Assembly (NCBI GenBank): GCA_964452895.1
Contig: CAYVRY010000002.1
Coordinates: 18,155-63,318 of the forward strand
DNA length: 45,164 nucleotides
Source of the DNA: an uncultured Halobacteriales archaeon
GTDB lineage: Archaea; Thermoplasmatota; E2; JACPAO01; JAHWKR01
Direction: 5' to 3'
The notes under the pieces are model-generated. The model made no database searches. It had not been told where the DNA came from and worked only from the letters and a program-made list of their open reading frames with translations. This document shows, one piece after another, positions 17,593 to 26,298 of this stretch (position 1 is the stretch's first letter; each line of letters starts with the position of its first letter). The position numbers and the translations under genes are program-made.

Positions 17593-20178
17593 ATGCCTCC
17601 CGCGCCCCGTCGCAGCCCGCACCAAGCGGGTTCGGCCGCCGGTGAAGAATCCGCGGCAACGGACGGTTTCGTCTCCGCGGCGGACCTGGTGGACAGCGCG
17701 AAGGAGGCTCCGGTCCGCAAGCCGGCCAAGCGGCGCAAGCAGGCGGCGAAAAGTAGCGAGAAACCCAAGGGTGCCCCTCCCAAGGAGCCGTCGGCACCCG
17801 AGACGGTGCCGTTTCCCGACGGCTTGGACCCGCGTGTGGTGGCGGCGGTGAAGAAGACCGGGATCGGTTCGCTCTATCCGCCGCAACGCGAGGCGATGGA
17901 CGCGGTGCTCACCGGACGCAACGTGCTCGTGGCGGTGCCCACGGCGAGCGGGAAGAGCCTGGTGGCGCATCAGGCCATTCTGCACACGCTCTTGGATCGC
18001 GGCGGCAAGGCGATCTACATCGTACCGCTTCGTGCGTTGGCCACGGAGAAGTTCGAGGAGTTGCGGGAGCTCACGGCGAACCTGGAGGGCCGGAAGCTGC
18101 GTGTCGCGCTGGCCACGGGGGACCTGGACGAGGCGGACACCCGGTTGGGTGATTACGACATCGTGGTGACCACGAGCGAGAAGGCGGATTCCCTGGTCCG
18201 CCATGGCGCGGGATGGTTCCGGGAGCTCACGGTGGCCGTCGCGGACGAGGTCCATCTGATCGGCGACCCGGGGCGCGGGCCCACGTTGGAGGTCACGCTG
18301 GCGCGGCTCTTGGGGGTCACTGAGGGCGTGCGACTGGTGGCGCTCTCGGCGACCATCGCGAACGCCCACGAGGTGGCTGATTGGTTGGGGGCGAGCCTGG
18401 TCCAGAGCGACTGGCGCCCGGTGCCGCTTCGTGAAGGGGTGTTCCTGGGTGATGAGATCGTGTTCGCCGACGGCGGGACGAGCCCGGTGGACCCGGGTAG
18501 CGATGCGGTGGTCCGCCTGGTCGCGGACGCGGCGAAGAAGGAAGGTCAGGCATTGGTCTTCGTCTCCACGAGGCGGTCCACGGAGGCCACGGCGAAGAAG
18601 ATCGCGCAGTACACGAAGGACCACCTGAAGCCGGAGCAGAAGGAGGCGCTGGAGCAGGCGGCGAAAGGCCTGGAGACCCAGGACGGGGAGACGAGCCGGT
18701 TGGGCACCCGGTTGGGACAGGCGATCCGGGGCGGGGCGGCGTTCCACAATGCGGGCCTGTCGGGGCCGCAGCGTCGCATCGTGGAGACGCTCTTCAAGGC
18801 GGGTCACCTGCGCGCCATCGTGGCGACACCCACGTTGGCCGCCGGCGTGAACCTGCCGGCGCGGCGCGTGGTGGTGCGCGACCTGAAACGTTTCTCGCCG
18901 GAGCAGGGCAGCGCGCCGCTCCCGGTCTTGGAGGTCAAGCAGATGACGGGCCGCGCCGGGCGTCCACGCTATGACCCGTACGGCGAGGCGGTGCTCGTGG
19001 CGCGCTCCCCGGCGGATCTGGAGGAGTACATGGAGGTCTACCTGCACGGCGAGGTGGAGCCGGTGCGCAGTGCGTTGGCGCAGGAGTCCGCGCTGCGGAT
19101 CCATCTGCTGGCGGGGGTGGCCGCGGGGCTCACGAAGGACCGCGAGGCCGTGATGGGTTTCATGGCGGCGACGTTCCTCGCGCGCGACCCGTATGCCGGT
19201 GCACAGGCGATATTGGCCCCGCGTGTGGAGAAGGTGCTCGCGTTCCTGGTCGATGAGGGCTTCATCGTGGAGGAGGGCTCGGGGGATCTGGTGGCGACGC
19301 GGTTCGGGGCGCGGGTCTCCTCGCTCTATGTGGACCCAATGAGCGCGATCATCATCCGGGACGGCTTGGCCATGACGCGGCTCGTGCCGCAGGTGCGCGA
19401 CCTGGCCTTGCTGGCGTTGGTCGCAGGGACACCGGATGTACCGGCACTCTGGTTGCGCCGGGGCGACGAATGGGTGGAGGCGATCGCCGAGGAGTGGGAA
19501 GGCCGCTGGTTGCATCAGGGCGTGCAGGATCCCCGGGACCAGGAACGCTTCTTGAGTGATTTGAAGACGGCGCTTCTTCTCAAGGACTGGATCGACGAGG
19601 CGCGCCTGGAGGCTTTGGAGGATCGCTACGGGATGGGGCCGGGGGACATCCAGAACCGGATCCAGATCGCGGCGTGGCTTTTGTATGCGGCGGAGGAGAT
19701 CGCACGCTTGGAGGGCCACGACGCGGCGTCCCAGTTGAACCGGTTGAAACGCCGCGTGCAGGCGGGGGTGCGCGAGGACCTCCTGCCGCTTCTTGCCCTG
19801 CAAGGCGTGGGGCGCTACCGCGCACGGGTGCTCGCCAAGGCGGGCCTTCGTACGATGGACCGCTTGCGCAAGGCCCCGGTGGAGCGCCTGTTGGGACTCT
19901 CCGGTTTCGGGGTGCGCCTCGTCGCCCAGTTGCTCGCGCAGGTGGGCCGGCAGGAGTCGCTCGAGGAGGTCCAGCAGGTCGCCCAGGGGCGCACGCCCAG
20001 CAAGAGGCAGTCTCGCGTCAAGAAGAAGGGCAGCACGGCCAAGGACGCGAAGGAAAAGGATTCCCGGCCCGAGCAGGACGACGGGAAGCCGGAAAGCAGC
20101 AAGGGCCAAAAGCGGAGCAAGAGGTCGGAGTCCGCAGACCAGACCCGGTTGTCGTCGTTCGGGGAGGGGGATTCATGA
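17593..20178 (+). CDS. hel308: Hel308/Hjm Ski2-like SF2 DNA helicase
   Basis: PTASGKS, TSEK, DEVH, SAT, TPTLAAGVNLPA, QMTGRAGRP, HhH (LQGVGRYRAR); C-terminal PIP-like QTRLSSF. Confidence 0.95.
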   Translation: MPPAPRRSPHQAGSAAGEESAATDGFVSAADLVDSAKEAPVRKPAKRRKQAAKSSEKPKGAPPKEPSAPETVPFPDGLDPRVVAAVKKTGIGSLYPPQREAMDAVLTGRNVLVAVPTASGKSLVAHQAILHTLLDRGGKAIYIVPLRALATEKFEELRELTANLEGRKLRVALATGDLDEADTRLGDYDIVVTTSEKADSLVRHGAGWFRELTVAVADEVHLIGDPGRGPTLEVTLARLLGVTEGVRLVALSATIANAHEVADWLGASLVQSDWRPVPLREGVFLGDEIVFADGGTSPVDPGSDAVVRLVADAAKKEGQALVFVSTRRSTEATAKKIAQYTKDHLKPEQKEALEQAAKGLETQDGETSRLGTRLGQAIRGGAAFHNAGLSGPQRRIVETLFKAGHLRAIVATPTLAAGVNLPARRVVVRDLKRFSPEQGSAPLPVLEVKQMTGRAGRPRYDPYGEAVLVARSPADLEEYMEVYLHGEVEPVRSALAQESALRIHLLAGVAAGLTKDREAVMGFMAATFLARDPYAGAQAILAPRVEKVLAFLVDEGFIVEEGSGDLVATRFGARVSSLYVDPMSAIIIRDGLAMTRLVPQVRDLALLALVAGTPDVPALWLRRGDEWVEAIAEEWEGRWLHQGVQDPRDQERFLSDLKTALLLKDWIDEARLEALEDRYGMGPGDIQNRIQIAAWLLYAAEEIARLEGHDAASQLNRLKRRVQAGVREDLLPLLALQGVGRYRARVLAKAGLRTMDRLRKAPVERLLGLSGFGVRLVAQLLAQVGRQESLEEVQQVAQGRTPSKRQSRVKKKGSTAKDAKEKDSRPEQDDGKPESSKGQKRSKRSESADQTRLSSFGEGDS

Positions 20179-20744
20179 CGGACGATCAAGCGCTCGGCAA
20201 GCGCGAGCGCTGGGGACCCGAGCTTGACGATCCTGGCATGCGCGCGTTCACGCTGGACGGGTGGGGGCCCGATCTGGTGGCACGGGTGAAGAAGGTGGAA
20301 GCGGAACTGGGGATCCCCGTGCAGGCGCTTCGCGGCGACCGGGTGTTGTCGTTCAAGCATTTGTTGATGGCGTTCGAGCATCAGTCGCGCGCCCATACAT
20401 CGGGGCGCTCGGGCCCCCAGGACGCCGGTGTCGGTTTCTTGCGGTTCATGGCGGCCGAGAAGCAGATCACGAAGGCGCTCCAAGCCATGGGCGTGCCGCT
20501 TGGTGGCGACGAGCATCCGCCGGTCTTGTTGGTCGCGTTGGGGCCGGTGGAGCCGCACCCTTTTCGCGCGGCCGTCGCGTCAGCGGGACTGAACATAGAT
20601 GAGGAGGTGGGAAGCGGGATGCCCGTTCGCGATGCGGCGCGCCGCTACTGGGATGCGCGTTTTTCCCTGCCTGGTCAATGCAGTGACACCGATCGCGAGG
20701 CGAGACTCTTCGCCGCGATGGCGCTTTTGGCTTTGGAGGCATGA
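20175..20744 (+). CDS. cgi121: KEOPS complex subunit Cgi121
   Basis: HLLMAFEH...FLRFMAAEKQITKAL..MG...AMALL; ATGA overlap with hel308, a known euryarchaeal pairing. Confidence 0.75.
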   Translation: MTDDQALGKRERWGPELDDPGMRAFTLDGWGPDLVARVKKVEAELGIPVQALRGDRVLSFKHLLMAFEHQSRAHTSGRSGPQDAGVGFLRFMAAEKQITKALQAMGVPLGGDEHPPVLLVALGPVEPHPFRAAVASAGLNIDEEVGSGMPVRDAARRYWDARFSLPGQCSDTDREARLFAAMALLALEA

Positions 20745-20798
20745 CCGGGCTACGATGCCCATAAATAGGAGGGGTTGATAGCCGCGGCGGACCCGTTT

Positions 20799-20872
20799 GC
20801 CCGGATGGGGTAGCCTGGATATCCTGAGAGCTTGCGGAGCTCCCGACCCGTGTTCGAATCGCGGTCCGGGCA
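20799..20872 (+). tRNA. tRNA-Arg (GCG)
   Basis: Acceptor GCCCGGA/TCCGGGC, anticodon arm GAGC-TTGCGGA-GCTC, T arm CCGTG-TTCGAAT-CGCGG; no encoded CCA; ataaata upstream. Confidence 0.95.
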
Positions 20873-20879
20873 TCGCGTT

Positions 20880-20916
20880 GGGGACCGTCTCGTCTTTTGA
20901 TCGGTCCCCTTTTTTT
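20880..20916 (+). terminator. Hairpin + T7 terminator after tRNA-Arg
   Basis: ggggaccg/cggtcccc stem followed immediately by ttttttt. Confidence 0.7.
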
Positions 20917-20930
20917 GCCCAGCGGAGGCG

Positions 20931-21527
20931 CTATTCGGGCTTGCCGACGAGCCGGAACCCGATGTCGGAGCCCATCCCCTGCTTCATGCCCAGCGTGATG
21001 TTCAGGTAGCCGAGGGCTTCCAGGTAGCGGGCGTTCATCAGGGGGCCGGCGTCCACGGGTTCGAAGCCCATGTCCTTGCCCAGTTGTTCAACCATGTGGC
21101 GGCTTTTCTCGTCGTCGCCGGCGACGAACAGACTGAGCGGGTCCCCGTTGGCTTCACCGGTGGCCATGTTCGGCGCGAAGACCGTGTTGAAGGCTTTGAC
21201 CACCGTGGCGCCTTCCGCCATGGACTGCAGCTCTTCCGCCTTGCTCTGGTTCATGTCGCCCGCGAACTCCTTGTCGTCGGTGAGCACGTTCGACACGTCG
21301 ATCAGGATCTTTCCCTTGTAGGCGCCGTTGCATTCTTCGAGCACGTTGCGCATCTCGTTGCTGGGCACGGCGAGAACGAGCATGTCGCTGTCCTTGGCGA
21401 CCTTTTCCACGCTCGCGGGGTCCGAACCGGACATCTCCACGGCGTAGCCGGCCCGTTCAAGTCCTTTCTTGATGTTTGATCCCACGTTGCCTTTTCCGAT
21501 GATCCCGATCGTCGTGTCCTTCGCCAT
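20931..21527 (-). CDS. NAD(P)-binding F420-oxidoreductase-family protein (NpdG/STEAP-oxidoreductase-like)
   Basis: IGIIGKGNVG, LAVP, IDVSN, VVKAFNT, VAGDD, GFEPVDAGPL. Confidence 0.88.
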   Translation of the reverse strand: MAKDTTIGIIGKGNVGSNIKKGLERAGYAVEMSGSDPASVEKVAKDSDMLVLAVPSNEMRNVLEECNGAYKGKILIDVSNVLTDDKEFAGDMNQSKAEELQSMAEGATVVKAFNTVFAPNMATGEANGDPLSLFVAGDDEKSRHMVEQLGKDMGFEPVDAGPLMNARYLEALGYLNITLGMKQGMGSDIGFRLVGKPE

Positions 21528-21635
21528 CGTTTTCTCTCCTGCGTCCAGGCGACCGCTTCCCGGTTCGCCCGGCGGCAGGGAGGCTCCCGCTTTGTGCCAG
21601 TTAAAACAATGGTCGACCGGATATGTCGCGCCGGG

Positions 21636-21995
21636 CTAGAAGATGTCGATGGTCTCCGGCACGAGTTTCCGCTTGGAGAGGTGGATCGCCTGGGTGCGCG
21701 TGTACCGGTAGCGCACGTCGCACTTGTCGTCCTGGATGTCCCAGGGTTTCACGATGAGCAGGTCACCGGCGCGGATCCACATGCGGCGCTTCATCTTGCC
21801 ACGGATCCGTCCCAGGCGGGTGCGGCCGTCTTCGCAGTTCACGACGATCCGGGAGCCCCCCACGAGCTGGTCCGCGATGCCGTACATCTCCTTGTCGCGG
21901 GGGTTCGGGACGCGGACGCGGATGTTCGCTTCCGCTTCATCGTCGTCGCTTTCGGGGTTTCGCCCTTGGTTTCCTTCTTCCGAGACGGCTGCCAA
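21636..21995 (-). CDS. eif1A: Translation initiation factor aIF-1A
   Basis: CEDGRTRLGRIRGKMKRRMWIRAGDLLIVKPW...RYT; cttaaa TATA-like element upstream. Confidence 0.95.
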   Translation of the reverse strand: MAAVSEEGNQGRNPESDDDEAEANIRVRVPNPRDKEMYGIADQLVGGSRIVVNCEDGRTRLGRIRGKMKRRMWIRAGDLLIVKPWDIQDDKCDVRYRYTRTQAIHLSKRKLVPETIDIF

Positions 21996-22038
21996 ATTTC
22001 GGCCTCGCGGGCGCCCAGGGGGGCCGCTCCTTTAAGCG

Positions 22039-22533
22039 TTATGATGGACCGCGCCCGCGCTTGCGCCCCTTGATGGGATCGGTTTCCAGGGTTTCTGCTT
22101 CCCCGTCGGTGCCGCCTTCGCCGGGGGCACGGGGCGGTTCGAGACCCTTGAGGTCTTTGTCCGGCAGTTCGCCGTACAGGTAGGACTCCAGTTCCTGCGG
22201 CACCACGTGCTCCATCTTGCATCCCCATTCATGGGCTTCCTCCTTTTCCATGCCGAGCACTTGCTCGAGGAATGCCTGCACGATGCGATGGCGCCGCAGC
22301 AGGCGCGTGGCGTGGTCGCGTCCTTTTTTCGAAAGCCGGACGCCCTTGTAGGGGACGTATTCCACGTAGCCGCGTTCTTGCAGTCGTTTCGTCATCTCGG
22401 TGACGCTGGGTGGTGAGAGGTCCAACTGCTCGGCGATCTCCCCGGTCTTCGCCATGGGTTGTTTCACGGTGATCCGGAAGATCGTCTCCAGGTACTCCTC
22501 GACGTTCTCGGAGAGTTCCCGTTCGTGCCGCAC
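22039..22533 (-). CDS. DtxR/MntR family metal-dependent transcriptional regulator
   Basis: EEYLETI, SPPSVTEM, Y.PYKGV.L, RRHR..FL, MEH. GTG at 22533 chosen as start. Confidence 0.9.
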   Translation of the reverse strand: MRHERELSENVEEYLETIFRITVKQPMAKTGEIAEQLDLSPPSVTEMTKRLQERGYVEYVPYKGVRLSKKGRDHATRLLRRHRIVQAFLEQVLGMEKEEAHEWGCKMEHVVPQELESYLYGELPDKDLKGLEPPRAPGEGGTDGEAETLETDPIKGRKRGRGPS

Positions 22534-22679
22534 ACCTGAGTGACCCCGGTTGGCTACTTGAGCCTCCCGGTGGCCGTCGCGGCCGCGGTGGGCGCCGGTG
22601 GGTCGCAAAGGGATCGGATGCCGGGCCTGCGGGCAACCCTTTGTAGGGGACCCGGCGTCTGAGCGCTGCGGGTGGGTGA

Positions 22680-23405
22680 TTGGAACTCCTTTGGATGCTG
22701 GGCACGGTGGCGCTGTTGGCGCTCTTCGCCGTGGTGGGCCACCGGTTCGGTGCGTTGGACCTGGCGGGGAGCCTCCTGGCGTTCGCCATGGGGGTCGTCG
22801 TGGTCGTTGCCACGGAGCCTGCTTGGGTCGTTTTGTTGCTGCTTTTCGCGGGGGGCGGTTCCTTGGTCACGCGCGTCGGACGCCGACGCCGGGGCGGGTC
22901 GGTTGTGGGGGACGAGGCGGGGCCTCGGGGCTGGCGCAATGTGTTCGGCAACGGGGCGGCGGCCGTCGCGGTGGCGTCGCTGGGGTTCTTCCTGCCGGGG
23001 CGGCTCCTGGCGGTCCCGTTCGCGGTGGCGGTGGCGGTGGCGGCTGCGGATACGTTCGCCAGCGAGGTGGGGTGTTTGTCGTCGCGCGCGGTCCTGGTGA
23101 CGCACCCGTCATCCCGGGTGCCGCCGGGCACGAACGGCGGGGTCTCCTGGTTGGGCACGATGAGCGGTCTGCTCGCAGCGGGCGGGATCGCGCTGGCGGG
23201 GGTGTGGGTACTGCCCGTTTCCTGGGGCCTTGTGCCGTGGGTCGTATTGGCCGGTGCGTTGGGGAGCCTGCTGGATTCCTGGTTGGGTGCCACCTGGGAG
23301 TTCTCCGGGCACAACCCGACAGGGATCCTGTCCAAGACCCATGTGAACCTGCTTGCCACCACGATCCCCACCGCCTTGGCGTTCGCAGCGGTCGTCTTCT
23401 TCTAG
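22680..23405 (+). CDS. DUF92 (TMEM19/VTE6) family membrane protein
   Basis: RGWRNVFGNG, AADTFASEVG, VPPGTNGGVS..GT, GSLLDSWLGAT, VNLLAT. Confidence 0.9.
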   Translation: MELLWMLGTVALLALFAVVGHRFGALDLAGSLLAFAMGVVVVVATEPAWVVLLLLFAGGGSLVTRVGRRRRGGSVVGDEAGPRGWRNVFGNGAAAVAVASLGFFLPGRLLAVPFAVAVAVAAADTFASEVGCLSSRAVLVTHPSSRVPPGTNGGVSWLGTMSGLLAAGGIALAGVWVLPVSWGLVPWVVLAGALGSLLDSWLGATWEFSGHNPTGILSKTHVNLLATTIPTALAFAAVVFF

Positions 23406-23417
23406 GATGATGGATCG

Positions 23418-24440
23418 GTGGCCCGTCCGGTCGAAAGGGTTGAATGGGGTGGCCGTGTAGCGACGCCCGAGATGCGCGACCGGTTCGGTCTGAAGCGGGA
23501 ATTGGACTTGGTGGAGGGGCTGCTTGAGCAGGCGGTGCGTGCCGAGGACCCGCTTCTCGACGAGATGGCGCATTACGTGGTGAACGCGGGCGGCAAGCGG
23601 CTGCGGCCGCTTTCGGCCATACTGGCGTACCGGGCGGTGGGTGGCGGGGACGCCAGGTTGGGCGAGATCCTGGACATATCCACGGGGCTCGAGTTGATCC
23701 ATACCGCCACCTTGGTGCATGATGACATCAATGACGGCGCCCGGCTGCGGCGGGGGCGCCTGTCTTGCCACGCGAAGTATGGAGCGGCCAGGGCTTTGAT
23801 CGTGGGCGATTTCCTGTTCACGAAGGGGTTCCAGATCTCCGGCCGGTTCGACCAGCGCGTGGTGGACTGGACGGCGGACGCATGCGGGAAACTCGCCGAG
23901 GGCGAGATCCTGCAGTCGCGCTTCCTGAACAACCCGGAGCTCTCCATCGAGGAGTACCTGGAACTGGTGCGGCGCAAGACCGCCTGCTTCATCGGGACCG
24001 GGATCCAGATCGGGGCGTATCTGGGTGGCGCGGATGAAGAGACCGTGTCCGCCTTGGGTCAATACGGGACGGATCTGGGGATCGCGTTCCAGATCGTGGA
24101 CGATGTGCTGGACGTGGTGGGGGACGGGGAGAAGACGGGGAAGCGGGTCGGGATCGACATCCGCGACGGCAATCCCACATTGCCGAGCATTCTCACGCTG
24201 CGTGCCGGGGCCCAGGGCTCGCCGCGCTTGTTGCAGATCCTCAGGACGCCGCAGCGGGGCGAAGGGGACGTGGACGCGGCGCTGGAGATCATTCGGTCGT
24301 CGGGGGCTTTGGACGAGGCGCGGTCCTTGGCGCGCGAGTACGGCGATCGGGCGCGGCGGTCGGTGGATGTGGTCGAGGACCCGGTATATCGGGCCCATCT
24401 GCTTCGCCTGGTGGACATGGTCTTGGAGCGCGAGGTCTAG
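23418..24440 (+). CDS. trans-Polyprenyl diphosphate synthase, probably long-chain type
   Basis: GGKRLRP, ELIHTATLVHDDIND...RRG, KTA, GIAFQIVDDVLD, GK..G.D. Confidence 0.93.
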   Translation: MARPVERVEWGGRVATPEMRDRFGLKRELDLVEGLLEQAVRAEDPLLDEMAHYVVNAGGKRLRPLSAILAYRAVGGGDARLGEILDISTGLELIHTATLVHDDINDGARLRRGRLSCHAKYGAARALIVGDFLFTKGFQISGRFDQRVVDWTADACGKLAEGEILQSRFLNNPELSIEEYLELVRRKTACFIGTGIQIGAYLGGADEETVSALGQYGTDLGIAFQIVDDVLDVVGDGEKTGKRVGIDIRDGNPTLPSILTLRAGAQGSPRLLQILRTPQRGEGDVDAALEIIRSSGALDEARSLAREYGDRARRSVDVVEDPVYRAHLLRLVDMVLEREV

Positions 24441-24482
24441 ACGCCGCCTTGACGGATAGGTGGGCGCCTCGCCCGGTGTCCA

Positions 24483-24980
24483 TCACCGGCTGAGTCGGAT
24501 ACGGTAGCGGCCGGTGTGCTGGTCGTCGGATTCCAGTTCCTCGATGGCCGCGTGCCGGTCGCGCAGCAGGAGCGCGCGGCGCATCACGGCAACGTCGAAG
24601 CGGGTCGGCGCGGCTTCACCGTGTTCCGCGATCCGGTTGAACTGGATCACGGCGTCAATGCCGTTCGCGGCGGGTTCCATGTTCTCCACATGGATGCGGC
24701 CGCGGTGGTGGATCTCGAAGAGCGCCGCGATCTCCGTGATCAGGACGCTCGGGTCGCTTGCGTGCAGGTATGGCGCTACGAAGTGCTCGGCGAAGCGGTT
24801 CCCCGCTTCGTCCAGGATCGCCGGGTCCGTCTCCGGGTCGTTGGCGGCCAGGTCGATGAGGTTGAAGTAGCCGGTTTCATCGTTCGTTGCGGGCCGGTCG
24901 CCGCTGTCGGAATCCAACTCTCGCATCAGGCGGTTGAAGTGTTCGGATATTGCGTCCGGGCGTCTTGGCGGTGCGGACAT
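24483..24980 (-). CDS. Hypothetical protein
   Basis: 165-aa ORF filling the gap between the synthase and HxlR genes, with plausible composition and a gatataac element about 25-30 bp upstream. Confidence 0.65.
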   Translation of the reverse strand: MSAPPRRPDAISEHFNRLMRELDSDSGDRPATNDETGYFNLIDLAANDPETDPAILDEAGNRFAEHFVAPYLHASDPSVLITEIAALFEIHHRGRIHVENMEPAANGIDAVIQFNRIAEHGEAAPTRFDVAVMRRALLLRDRHAAIEELESDDQHTGRYRIRLSR

Positions 24981-25052
24981 GCCGTTCGGTTAGGAGTGGC
25001 CGTGTTATATCTTGAATTTTACGGTGGAGGGCCGCTCCTTGTCCGAAAGGGG

Positions 25053-25469
25053 TTAGGGTTCCTGATGGCTTGTGGAGTCCACGCGCGAGTCGCAGACGCC
25101 GTTGCGCAGGCCCCAATCCCGCAGCACGTCGAAGATCCCCGCCAGGTCACGCGCCTTTTCGGTCAGATGATAACAGACGCGCAGGGGCCGTTCGGTCACG
25201 ATGTCGCGCAGCACAAGGCCTTCGTGCTCCAGTCCGGACAGGCTCTGTGAGAGCATTTTCGCGCTGATTCCGCCGGCGCGTTCCTTGAGTTCGTTGAAGC
25301 CACCCGGTTCTTTGGAAAGTTCCCAGAGCAGGATCAAATACCACTTGCGCCCGATGAGGCGGATCGTTTCCTGCACGGGACAGAGGTCCTGGGGAAGGAT
25401 TCCGGGGGCTTCGGTGGTGCTCTGTTGGGGCTCCACGGGAACCGCCTCGGTGCTCGTGGTCGCTTCCAT
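25053..25469 (-). CDS. HxlR family winged-helix transcriptional regulator
   Basis: CPVQETIRLIGRKW..IL, FNEL, GISAKMLSQSL..LE..GLV.R, Y.LTEK, WG. Confidence 0.92.
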   Translation of the reverse strand: MEATTSTEAVPVEPQQSTTEAPGILPQDLCPVQETIRLIGRKWYLILLWELSKEPGGFNELKERAGGISAKMLSQSLSGLEHEGLVLRDIVTERPLRVCYHLTEKARDLAGIFDVLRDWGLRNGVCDSRVDSTSHQEP

Positions 25470-25610
25470 GCCCAAGCGCGAAAGAGCCGTCCCGCTTTGA
25501 ACCCTTGGCTCGTACTCACCCGAGGGTCAAGGTTTCTGCATCCACCCATGGATGGATGTTTTTACCTCATCTTCCGTACGCGATGCGGCTGCGACGCGGC
25601 GGTCCGCGGC

Positions 25611-26279
25611 TTAGGCGTCGTGTTCGGCGGGCGCGGAGCCCGGCGGAGGCGGCACCTGGGCTTGCATCCTGGCGACCTCTTCCTCGTCGTTCTCGCCGTA
25701 GGTGAGGAGGATGCGGTGGCCGTCACGCGCCTGGAAGCCCAGCATGTCGCCGATGTCCTTCTTTGTCCAATTGCCGTCTTCGTACAGGTACATCTCGAGG
25801 GTCTTGTTGCCTTCTTCCTTGTAGGTGCCTGCTTGGCCGAGTTGTTCATGGACGCCCTCAAGGACGATCTGCTTTTCCGAGAGGCCCACGTGGAGTTCCC
25901 GGAAGGCCTTCTCGATGTCCGTGCAGCCGCCTTCCAAGTGCCAGACCTCATCGTCGGACTGGTGCAGGTGGAACCGCATCCGCATGTCGCCGTTCAGGTC
26001 CAATTGGGGATGCTGGAAACTGATCCGTTCCCCGTCGACGTACGTATGCATGGTGGCATGATCGTGGGCGGGGCATTTTTCCTCGATGACGTTCTCGTTG
26101 ATGTAGATCGCCGCAGCGAAACCGGCGATGACCAACACGACGATGGCGGGGATCGCGGCGCGTTTCGCGAACTGGCGGCTCGACTCGGCCAGGCTGGTGG
26201 CCTCTTTCTTTTTTTCTTTTTCACGCAGGGCACGCCGCTCTCGCGGTGTGAGATCCCCCTCGGGACGCTCCGCCATCAA
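25611..26279 (-). CDS. Membrane-anchored exported His-rich protein of unknown function
   Basis: Basic N-terminus, one TM helix, then CPAHDH, FHLH and WHLEGGC motifs. Confidence 0.75.
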   Translation of the reverse strand: MMAERPEGDLTPRERRALREKEKKKEATSLAESSRQFAKRAAIPAIVVLVIAGFAAAIYINENVIEEKCPAHDHATMHTYVDGERISFQHPQLDLNGDMRMRFHLHQSDDEVWHLEGGCTDIEKAFRELHVGLSEKQIVLEGVHEQLGQAGTYKEEGNKTLEMYLYEDGNWTKKDIGDMLGFQARDGHRILLTYGENDEEEVARMQAQVPPPPGSAPAEHDA

Positions 26280-26298
26280 CCGGTTATGCGGAGGTCTT

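Noticed and set aside
17044-20109. 1021-aa minus-strand ORF (and similar long ORFs at 11635-14199, 2604-4241, 38872-40455, 41308-42786)
   Set aside because: Antisense shadows of well-supported genes, expected in high-GC DNA; no recognisable motifs.
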